From an uncultured Acidobacteriota bacterium (lineage in GTDB: Bacteria > Acidobacteriota > Vicinamibacteria > Vicinamibacterales > CAVVIG01), in assembly GCA_963792785.1 (NCBI GenBank), contig CAWBXO010000004.1, positions 1,282,278 to 1,346,277 on the forward strand: a stretch of DNA of 64,000 nt. Direction: 5' to 3'. Made by a program: the position numbers and the translations under genes. The notes below the pieces were generated by a model, which searched no databases, had not been told where the DNA came from, and saw nothing but the letters and a program-made list of their open reading frames with translations. Positions within the stretch are counted from its first letter, which is position 1. The number at the start of each line of letters is the position of its first letter. Below are positions 46,207 to 54,261 of the stretch, in pieces.

Positions 46207-47448
46207 CTAGGGGGCTCGAAGCGCATCGATCGGCTGGATGTCGGCGGCGACGCGGGCGGGGTAGATGCCGAAAACGAGGCCGACGGTGGTCGCGAGCGCG
46301 AGCGCGGCGGCGACGGCCCAGAACGACAGGCTCACCGGCCATCCGGCGGCGAGGGCGACGAGGCCCGAGAGCGCGGCGCCGAGCGGGATGCCCACCACAC
46401 CGCCGCACACGCACAAGGCCGCCGCTTCGATCGCGAACTGCGCGATCACGTCCGCCCGCCTGGCGCCGAACGCGCGCCGCACGCCGATCTCCTGCGTCCG
46501 CTCGGCCACGCCCGCCAGCATGATGTTCATGATCCCGATGCCGCTGATCAGCAGCGCGAGGGCGCCAATCCCGACGAGCACCACGTCGAACGTGCGCTGC
46601 GCGCGCAGCCGCGCCGCCAGCAGCTCGCGCGGCACCACGAGCGTGTAGGCGCCCGGGCCGTCGCGGCGCGCGAGGATCCCGTCGATCACCTCGGCCGCGG
46701 CCTCGACCGCGCCGGCGCCGCCGGTCGCGACGCCGATCTCCTGCACGCGATCGATCCGGTCGCCCTCGCCGAGGCTGACGTCCATCGCCGGCAGCGGCAC
46801 CACGAGCGCGCGATCGGTGTCGAGGCTCTGCAGCACGGGCCGCGCCCCGGCCGCGCGCGCGTTCAGCTCGCCCACGATGAAGTACCAGTTGCCGCCGGCC
46901 TCCACGCGCGAGCCGATCGCGTCGCCGGCGGGAAAGAGTTCACGCGCGAGCGTCGCGCCGATCACGGCCACGCGCCGGCGCGTCCGCTGGTCGTCCTCCG
47001 AGATCACGCGCCCGCCGGCGAGCGACGCGTTCGTCAGCGTGAACCAGGAGGCGGTGACGCCGGCGAGCGACGCGTCCGCCGCGTGGCCGCCCGCCTGCGC
47101 GTCGACCGGCGCGACGCGCGCGGCCGAGACGGCGCGCACCATGGGCAGCGTGTCGGCGATCACGCGGCGGTCGGCGTCGGTGAGGGCCGGCGCGGGCGGC
47201 CGCGCCTTCGGATCGGCCGGCGGCGGCGGATCGGCCGCCCGCACGAAGACGTTGTCGATGCCGAGCGCGCCGATCTCGGCGAGCGCCGTCCGGCGCGCGC
47301 CCTCGCCGATCGCGAGCGCGGCCACGACCGTGGCGATCCCGAAGACGATGCCGATGGCCGAGAGCGTGGCGCGGAGGCGGTGCGTGAGGAGGGCCGCGAT
47401 GGCCTCCTGCGCGAGATCGCGCGGGGAGACGCGCGGCGTCCAGGTCAT
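46207..47448 (-). CDS. MacB/FtsX-type ABC transporter permease (no ATPase domain)
   Basis: 414 aa from ATG 47448 with N-terminal TM helix, periplasmic domain, and GIGIMNIMLAGVAERTQEIGVRRAFGARR plus three C-terminal TM helices. Confidence 0.85.
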   Translation of the reverse strand: MTWTPRVSPRDLAQEAIAALLTHRLRATLSAIGIVFGIATVVAALAIGEGARRTALAEIGALGIDNVFVRAADPPPPADPKARPPAPALTDADRRVIADTLPMVRAVSAARVAPVDAQAGGHAADASLAGVTASWFTLTNASLAGGRVISEDDQRTRRRVAVIGATLARELFPAGDAIGSRVEAGGNWYFIVGELNARAAGARPVLQSLDTDRALVVPLPAMDVSLGEGDRIDRVQEIGVATGGAGAVEAAAEVIDGILARRDGPGAYTLVVPRELLAARLRAQRTFDVVLVGIGALALLISGIGIMNIMLAGVAERTQEIGVRRAFGARRADVIAQFAIEAAALCVCGGVVGIPLGAALSGLVALAAGWPVSLSFWAVAAALALATTVGLVFGIYPARVAADIQPIDALRAP

Positions 47449-48914
47449 GGCCGCGCCGGCACGGTGGGATCGACGAGCAGCACGGCGTCGCCCTCCGCCA
47501 CGCCGCTCGCGATCGCGGCCATCGACTCGTTTTCCGCGGCGACGCCCACCTGGTGGCGGACCGGCTCGCCGTCCTCGAGCGCCACGACGTACGGGCGGCC
47601 GTTGTCGTCGAAGATCGCCTGCACGGGCACGACGACGGCGGAATCGAGGGACGCGACCTCGATGTCCACGCGCGCGGTCATGCCCGTGCGCAGCCGTGGG
47701 TCGTTGTCGAGGAGATCGACGGTGACCGGAAAGAATTTCGTGCCGGCGCGGGCGGCGTCCTCCTGCGCGAGGGCCCCGACGAGCGAGACCTGGGCGTCGA
47801 GGCGCATGTCGGGATAGGCGTCGACGCGCACGACCACGTGCTGGCTCTCGGCGACCTTGTGCAGATCGATCTCGCGGATCCGCGTCTCGATCGTCAGCCG
47901 GCTCGAGTCGGGCAGCGCGATGATCGGCTGGTTGGGAAACACCTCGTCGCCGACCTGCGGCTTGCGCCGATCGCTGCCGAAGAACAGATCCCGATAGACC
48001 ACCAGGCCCGGCCCTTCGGCCCGGATCGTCCCGCGCGCGATCTGCCCGTCCAGGATCGCGATGCGCGACTTGATTTCGTCCACGCGGCTGCCGGCGGCCG
48101 CGATGGCGGCCTGGCGCTCGGCGGCGCGGGCGTTCGACGTCTCCTGCTGGCGGACGAGGCCGTCGCGCGCGGTGTTCAGGTCCGCCTCGGCCCGGCTCGT
48201 CGCGGCCGGGCGCTCGAACTGGACGAGCGAGTCGAGCCGCGCGGCGGCGACACGATGGGCGTCCCGCGCGTGCTCGAGGGCCTGACGCGCCGCGTCGAGC
48301 TCGGCGCGCGTGATGAAGCCCTGGTCGAGCAGCGGCGCCATGTCGTCGTAGGTCGTTTGCGCGCGCTCGAGGTCGCGGTCGGCCTGCGCCGCGGCGGCCT
48401 GCGCCTCGACCAGATCGACCTGTCCGCGGCCCTGCACCTGGTTGGCGAGGCCCCGCTGGGCGTTCGCGATCTGCTGCGTGGCGGCGTCGAGCGTCTCGGC
48501 CGTGCGCAGCGACTCCACCTGCGCGTCCTGCTGCACGCGGACGAGCTCGGCCTCCGCCTGCCGCAGCGCGGCGCGTTCGCGCTCGCGGTTCTGCTCGAAC
48601 GTCGACGTGTCGAAGCGCACCAGCAGGTCGCCCTTCCGCACGGTCTGCCCCTCGGGCGCGAGCTCGATGATCTTCGCCTGCGCGCCGGGGATCGTCGACG
48701 AGTACAGCATCAGGCGCTCGGCGCTCACCGTGCCGGCCTCGACGAGGTGCTCGACGAACGGCTGGCGGACGGCGGTGGCCGCCGGCCACGCCGGCGCCGA
48801 GTGGCGGAGCTCGAGGGCGACGACGAGCAGCAGCACCATCGCGCCGGCGGTGGCGACACCCGCCTCCCGGCGGCGGCCGCCCAGCTTCGCGAGGCTCGAC
48901 GCGAGGCGGCTCAC
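47445..48914 (-). CDS. HlyD/MacA-type periplasmic adaptor (membrane fusion protein)
   Basis: About 490 aa from GTG 48914 (GTGA overlap with the tolC-like stop). TM anchor, long coiled coil (AELVRVQQDAQVESLR...) and beta-barrel (GMTARVDIEV). Confidence 0.8.
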   Translation of the reverse strand: MSRLASSLAKLGGRRREAGVATAGAMVLLLVVALELRHSAPAWPAATAVRQPFVEHLVEAGTVSAERLMLYSSTIPGAQAKIIELAPEGQTVRKGDLLVRFDTSTFEQNRERERAALRQAEAELVRVQQDAQVESLRTAETLDAATQQIANAQRGLANQVQGRGQVDLVEAQAAAAQADRDLERAQTTYDDMAPLLDQGFITRAELDAARQALEHARDAHRVAAARLDSLVQFERPAATSRAEADLNTARDGLVRQQETSNARAAERQAAIAAAGSRVDEIKSRIAILDGQIARGTIRAEGPGLVVYRDLFFGSDRRKPQVGDEVFPNQPIIALPDSSRLTIETRIREIDLHKVAESQHVVVRVDAYPDMRLDAQVSLVGALAQEDAARAGTKFFPVTVDLLDNDPRLRTGMTARVDIEVASLDSAVVVPVQAIFDDNGRPYVVALEDGEPVRHQVGVAAENESMAAIASGVAEGDAVLLVDPTVPARP

Positions 48915-50350
48915 GGCAGGAACGCCTCCGGATCGAGGGTGCCGACGGCGTCGCGCAGCGACAGCCCCGCGAGCGCCCGCTCCACCTGCGCGGCGACGAG
49001 GCTCGATTGCGCCTGGAACAGGTTCGTTTCGGCGTCCACGACGTCGAAGTTCCCGGCCACGCCGCGCTCGTAGCGGAGCTGGGCGAGGCGCAGCTGCTGC
49101 TCGGCGAGGCCGACGCTCTTGGCCTGGATCTCGATCGTCGAGGCGGTGCGCATCCACGCGCGGTACGCCTGGCGGACCTCGTCGGTCACGCGCCGCTCGG
49201 CGTCGATCGAGTCGCGCTCGGCGGCGCGGGCGGCCAGCGCCGCCGTCGCGGCGGCGGCCGACTGGTCCGCGCGGTTGAGCGGATAGGACGTGGTCACGCC
49301 GACGCGCCAGCCGTTGAAGAGCTCGCCGAAGATCTCCGCGCCGCTGCCGCCGATGCCCCGCTTCGTGTACGAGACGTCGAGCGTGACGGGCGGCAGCAGG
49401 TTCCAGCGCGCCACCGATTCGTTCAGCCGGGCATCGTTGATGCGGTCGTGCGCCTCCTGGACGTCCACGCGCTGCACGAGGGCCGTCTGGATGAGCCGCG
49501 CGAGAGGGTCGCCGCCGTCTGCCATGCCGTCCTTCGTGCCGACGGGAGGCGCGAACGCCGAGAGCAGCGCCTCATCGTCGAGGGCGGACGCATCGAGCGA
49601 GACGTCGGCGTCGGGCGCCCGGCCCAGCAGCCGCTTGAGCCGATCGAGCGCGTCCTCGTGCGACTGCCGCTCGGCGACCAGCGCCGCCTCGGCCTGCGAG
49701 GCGAGCAGGTCCGCGCGGAGCACGTCGAGTTCGGTGGCGAGGCCGACCTTCGCGCGCGCCTCCGACGAGGTGCGCAGGCTCACGGCCCGCCCGAGCGAGC
49801 GTTCGGCGGACTCGACGATCCGGCTCGAGCGCAGCACGCTGAAGTAGGCGTCGGCGACCGACACGACGAGCTGCTGCCGCGCGTCGCGGTACGCGCGCCC
49901 GGCCGTCTGCTGCGACCGGCGCGCCGCCGTCAGCTGCTGCCGCTGCTCCACGCCGAAACCGCGCAGCAACGGCTGCGACACGGCGACCTGGTAGCCCGTG
50001 TCGTCGAGCGCGCCGGCGCCGCTGCCGAAGCGCAGCGAGTTCATCGTCACGCGCACGTCAGCCCCCGTCTCGAGGCGGCGCGCGACGTCGAGACCGATGG
50101 ATCGCTGGTCGAAGCCGGCGGGATCGGTGCGGCGCTGAAACGAGGGCGTGGCCTTCAGCCCGAACTGCGCGCGCGTCTGGCCGGCGCGGATGTCGGCGAG
50201 GGTCCGGTTGTCGTCAGGGGATCGGAGCGTGGGGCTGGACGACAGGGCCTCCGCCACCGCCTGGCGGAATGTGAGCGGGGCCGCCTGCGCCCACACGGGG
50301 CCCGAAGAGAGCGCGAGAAGCAGCCCCGCGTACACAAACATTCGAGCCAT
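48911..50350 (-). CDS. TolC family outer membrane efflux protein
   Basis: 479 aa with signal peptide MARMFVYAGLLLALSSGPVWAQ, LTFRQAVAEAL and two-fold repeated helical/beta pattern. It is the first gene of the efflux operon. Confidence 0.8.
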   Translation of the reverse strand: MARMFVYAGLLLALSSGPVWAQAAPLTFRQAVAEALSSSPTLRSPDDNRTLADIRAGQTRAQFGLKATPSFQRRTDPAGFDQRSIGLDVARRLETGADVRVTMNSLRFGSGAGALDDTGYQVAVSQPLLRGFGVEQRQQLTAARRSQQTAGRAYRDARQQLVVSVADAYFSVLRSSRIVESAERSLGRAVSLRTSSEARAKVGLATELDVLRADLLASQAEAALVAERQSHEDALDRLKRLLGRAPDADVSLDASALDDEALLSAFAPPVGTKDGMADGGDPLARLIQTALVQRVDVQEAHDRINDARLNESVARWNLLPPVTLDVSYTKRGIGGSGAEIFGELFNGWRVGVTTSYPLNRADQSAAAATAALAARAAERDSIDAERRVTDEVRQAYRAWMRTASTIEIQAKSVGLAEQQLRLAQLRYERGVAGNFDVVDAETNLFQAQSSLVAAQVERALAGLSLRDAVGTLDPEAFLP

Positions 50351-50491
50351 GGGCCGGCGACCTCCTTCGGAAACGCGGCCATGTTACCTCAGCGTCGCCG
50401 ATCGCGGCCGACGGAATTGAGGGTTGCGCAGCCGTACTGCCGGCTTTTATGCTATGCGCACTCGGTTCATTGCATCCCCAAGGAGCGACGC

Positions 50492-51475
50492 ATGCGCAAA
50501 CTCGTGGTGGCGCTGATAGCCGCGGTCGGACTGGCGGCGACGATCGGGTACGTGATGCCGGCCGCGCAGGCGGGCCGGTCTCTGACCGTGAAACTGGATG
50601 GCCTCCCGCCGGGCAGTGCCGTCAACGTCCTCATGAACATCGGGAAGGTGCCCCAGGCCACCGCCACGGGCATGACGAGTGACGCCGGCGACGTGGCGCT
50701 GGCACTCGATCTCGGCAACCTGGGGAAGAACGATACGACGGCCGTCGACGTCTACATCGGGAACTGCCCCGACCAGAGCACGCGCGTCTACCTCGTCGCG
50801 CAGGGCCAGCAGCCGCCGCCCGAGTGCAACCGGAAACTGATCGGCGGGTTTCTTCTGAACAACACCGGGACCTTGACCGTGCATCCCGACAGCATCGCGA
50901 CGTCGGGCATCGGGTTGTCCAACGCGGTGAAATACGGCCTGATCGGCGGCGGCGCCGCGGTGGCGACGGTCATCGGGATCACGGCCTCGGGGGGCAACAA
51001 CAACCAGACGAGCACCGGCGGGCAGTCGTCGAGCAGCACCTCGACGTCGAGTTCGACGTCGTCGAGCAGCTCATCATCGAGCAGTTCGTCGTCGTCCAGC
51101 TCCTCGTCCAGCAGTAGCAGCTCGACCGCCACGGACTTCACGGTCTACAACGGCACGTACAACGGCACGGGCACGGCGACCACCAATAGCTGCAACTTCA
51201 CTTCGCCGGCGCAGATCCGCGGCATCCTCAACGTGGACCAGAACGGCCACGGCGAGTGGAAGAAGCAGCATCTCAATGCGAACGCCGAGTTCAACTTCCA
51301 GATCACGATGAACGGAAACTCCTCCTCCGCGTCGTTCAGCGGTCAGACGACATATCAGGGCAGCTATTCGGTGACCGATCAGGTCACCGTCAGCGGGAAC
51401 ACGATCAACGTGATCCAGACGTTCGACAACGGCTCATGCAAGGTGATCTACAACATCGTCCTCACGAAGTCGTAG
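50492..51475 (+). CDS. hypothetical secreted protein with a long poly-Ser linker; lower GC than its surroundings
   Basis: AAGGAG lies 6 nt before ATG 50492. Signal peptide [27 protein letters not shown]. About 40-residue S/T tract. Asn/Thr/Gly-rich beta-looking C-terminal domain. A hand count on one 60-nt line gives about 57% GC. Confidence 0.65.
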   Translation: [327 protein letters not shown]

Positions 51476-51479
51476 ACCA

Positions 51480-51497
51480 GCGGACCTGAAGGTCCGC
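51480..51497. terminator. REP-like hairpin GCGGACC-TGAA-GGTCCGC followed by CCTAC, between convergent genes
   Basis: 7-bp perfect stem 5 nt after the TAG at 51473-51475. It belongs to the same family as the hairpin at 59784-59803. Confidence 0.5.
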
Positions 51498-51518
51498 CCT
51501 ACGACGAGCGATTCCGAA

Positions 51519-53015
51519 TCAAGGCGAGGGCCGGCACCCGAGTGGCGGCTCTCGCCTTCCGCACGATCCGCACGTCAGATCCCAGATCCCCACGAGCGCC
51601 CGCCTCGCGAACTGTTTCTCGGACAGCGGCTGGAAGTACGTGAGCGGCGCGAAGAACACGTACGCGGCGACGATCGCGGCCGCGACGCCCGTGAGGACGG
51701 CCGTGCGCCGGCCGACGGTCCACCACGCGCCCAGGAGCGCGGCGGCGTCGGCGACCAGCGCGCCCGCGATCACGAACGTGAACAGGAGCGGCAGGAAATA
51801 GGAATAGAGATAGAGCACGCGGGGCAGCAGGCTCAGGCCGATCATATAGATCCAGTACAGCGCCGCGAACGCCGCCACCAGCTCGCGGTGCGGCCACGCG
51901 CGCAGGCGCGGCACCCAGGGCGACGCCAGCACCAACCCCGTCCCGGCCAGCAGCGCCGCCAGCCCGAGCCACCACACCACCGGGTTCGACTGCAGGTACG
52001 CGTACCGGAACGTGTGGCCGTCGCCGGTCTCCATCCGGTAGTTGATCGCCCGGCCGCCGAGCGGCCAGTAGTACGGCGGGCTGCCGTTCTCCGTCGCGCT
52101 GCACATGTCGAGCGCCGGGATGCCGCGGTTCACGCCGGCCTCGTAGCTCCAGAGGTTCCGCAGCTCCGCCGGCAGCATGCCGATCGAGCCGGTGCGGCCC
52201 TCGTCGAGCGCGGCCCGGACCGCGGGCGAGGCCTCGAAGTATCCGCCGTTCGGCAGCGCCGGGTTCACGCGGCGCGCGATCGCGAAGTGCACATCCCACA
52301 CGGCCGCGTACGCGATCGCCGAGGCGACGAAGGCGACGACGAGGAATCCGGCGGCGGCGCGCCACCGCGGCCGCAGCCGCCACGCGGCGAAGGGCGCCAG
52401 GCCGCCGAGGATCATCGCGGGCTCCTTGGTCGCCGCCAGCAGGCCGAGCGTGACGCCGAAGAGCGCCGCCCATCCAAATCGCGCGGCACGCTCGGGGCGC
52501 GCGTCGAGCAGGACGAAGATCAGGATCGCCGCCGCCGCGAAGAAGATCATCGGACCGTCGAGCATCGCCGTGCGCACGTGCACGATCAGCGCGTTGTCGA
52601 AGAGGTAGAAGGCGCTCAGCAGCAGCGCCAGCCGCCGGCGGCCGGTGAGCGTCAGGAAGACGACGAAGAAGATCGGCGCGGCCCACCAGGCCAGGAGCGC
52701 CGGGAAGAAGCGGTAGCCAAGAAACGAGAGGCTCTCCGGCGGATCGTGCGCGACCGGCGTGGACACGAACAACGCGTCGTCGGCCTCGTCGTTCACGCGG
52801 AAGAGCGCCTCCCCCGCCGCGACGAGCAGCTTGCCGAGCGGCGGGTGGTCCTGCATGAAGAACACGCCGTGCAGGTACTTCTGTGCGTCGGCCACGTAGT
52901 AGGACTCGTCGAACACCGAGCCGCGCGGGTAGCCGTAGTTGCGGAAGTACGTGACGTTCGAGACGACGAGGACGAGGAGGAACGCGAGGAGGGTGAGGAT
53001 GCGCCCGCGCGTCAC
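51519..53015 (-). CDS. dolichyl-phosphate-mannose protein mannosyltransferase-like glycosyltransferase (GT39/PMT family)
   Basis: About 499 aa from GTG 53015 (GTGA overlap). VFDESYYVADAQKY and DHPPLGKLL motifs. Many TM helices. Confidence 0.75.
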   Translation of the reverse strand: MTRGRILTLLAFLLVLVVSNVTYFRNYGYPRGSVFDESYYVADAQKYLHGVFFMQDHPPLGKLLVAAGEALFRVNDEADDALFVSTPVAHDPPESLSFLGYRFFPALLAWWAAPIFFVVFLTLTGRRRLALLLSAFYLFDNALIVHVRTAMLDGPMIFFAAAAILIFVLLDARPERAARFGWAALFGVTLGLLAATKEPAMILGGLAPFAAWRLRPRWRAAAGFLVVAFVASAIAYAAVWDVHFAIARRVNPALPNGGYFEASPAVRAALDEGRTGSIGMLPAELRNLWSYEAGVNRGIPALDMCSATENGSPPYYWPLGGRAINYRMETGDGHTFRYAYLQSNPVVWWLGLAALLAGTGLVLASPWVPRLRAWPHRELVAAFAALYWIYMIGLSLLPRVLYLYSYFLPLLFTFVIAGALVADAAALLGAWWTVGRRTAVLTGVAAAIVAAYVFFAPLTYFQPLSEKQFARRALVGIWDLTCGSCGRREPPLGCRPSP

Positions 53016-54187
53016 GAGCAGACGGCGCGAAGACCGGTGACGAGCCGGCCCAGTCCCTCTTCGACGGTGTGGGCCTGCAGCGCGCCGTACGCCACGCGGA
53101 AGTAACAGCCCGTGGTCATCCCGAACGCCGTGCCGGGAATCACGGCGACGCGATGCTCGCGGATGAGCCGCTCGGCGACGTGCAGCGGGTCGAGCGGCGT
53201 GTTCACCTTGATCAGGCAGTAGAGCGCGCCGTCGGACGTCGGCGGCTCGACGAGCGGCGCGAGCGACGCCAGGCGATTCACGACGGTGCCGCGCAGCGCC
53301 TCGAGCGCCTGGACATGAGGCCGGCAGTACGCGCGCCCCACCTCGATCGCGGCCTCGGCGGCCACCTGCGCGAGGATCGTCGGGCAGATGAGGATCGTGT
53401 CCTGGCTCTTCATCATCGCGGTCGCCAGGTGGTCGGGATAGACCACGTAGCCGATGCGCCATCCCGCGAAGCCGTAGGTCTTCGACAGCGAGTACATCGC
53501 GATCGTGTGCCCGGCCGCGCCCGGCAGCGCGGCCACCGACGTGTGCTCGGCGCCGCCGTAGGTGAAGTACTCGTACACCTCGTCGGCGACGTGGTACATG
53601 CCGCGCTCCGCGCAGATCGCATTCACCTCGGCGAGCGCGGCGCGCGGGAACACCGCGCCGCTCGGGTTGTTCGGCGAGATCGTGACGATGGCGCGCGTGC
53701 GATCGGTGATCGCGGCCCGCACGGCGTCCGGCTGCAGCTGGTAACGCGCGTCGGTCGGCACGGGCACCGCGCGACAACCGGCCATCTGCACCGCCATCTC
53801 GTGGTTGAAATAGAAGGGCGCCGGCAGCAGCACCTCGTCGCCGGGCTGCGTCGTGGCGAGCAGCGCGTGGACGAACGCCATGTTCGCCCCGGCCGTGACC
53901 ATCACGCGCCGGCCGTCCGCGACGTCGATGCCGTTTTCCTCGGCAAGCTTGCGCGCGATGCGCGCCAGGAGCGACGGGCGTCCCGCGCCGTCGCCGTACT
54001 GGTAGACCTCGTCGCTCCCGAGCGCCTCGCGCGCGGCCGCCACGGCCTCGGCCGGCGGGCCGTAATGCACCACGCCCTGGCCGAGGGAAATGGTGCCGGG
54101 CGTCTCGCGGATCATCCGTCCGATCACCGGGATGATCGGGGACTGCACGGCGTCCATGCGGGTGCGGAATCGAAGCGTTTCGGGCAC
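53012..54187 (-). CDS. class I/II pyridoxal-phosphate-dependent aminotransferase
   Basis: 391 aa with SPNNPSG, YSLSKTYGFAGWRIGY (PLP lysine) and FRVAYG. Confidence 0.88.
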   Translation of the reverse strand: MPETLRFRTRMDAVQSPIIPVIGRMIRETPGTISLGQGVVHYGPPAEAVAAAREALGSDEVYQYGDGAGRPSLLARIARKLAEENGIDVADGRRVMVTAGANMAFVHALLATTQPGDEVLLPAPFYFNHEMAVQMAGCRAVPVPTDARYQLQPDAVRAAITDRTRAIVTISPNNPSGAVFPRAALAEVNAICAERGMYHVADEVYEYFTYGGAEHTSVAALPGAAGHTIAMYSLSKTYGFAGWRIGYVVYPDHLATAMMKSQDTILICPTILAQVAAEAAIEVGRAYCRPHVQALEALRGTVVNRLASLAPLVEPPTSDGALYCLIKVNTPLDPLHVAERLIREHRVAVIPGTAFGMTTGCYFRVAYGALQAHTVEEGLGRLVTGLRAVCS

Positions 54188-54261
54188 GGGCCCCCTGTTG
54201 TATCACAGCGGGGGTGGGTCGCAAATCGTTGCAGACATGTGGCTTGGGTTATAGTTTCCCG

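Noticed and set aside
51000-51125. Poly-Ser tract as a slippage-prone simple sequence repeat or assembly artefact
   Set aside because: The tract uses at least five different Ser codons in irregular order, so it is not a pure trinucleotide repeat. The reading frame is maintained into a well-formed C-terminal domain.
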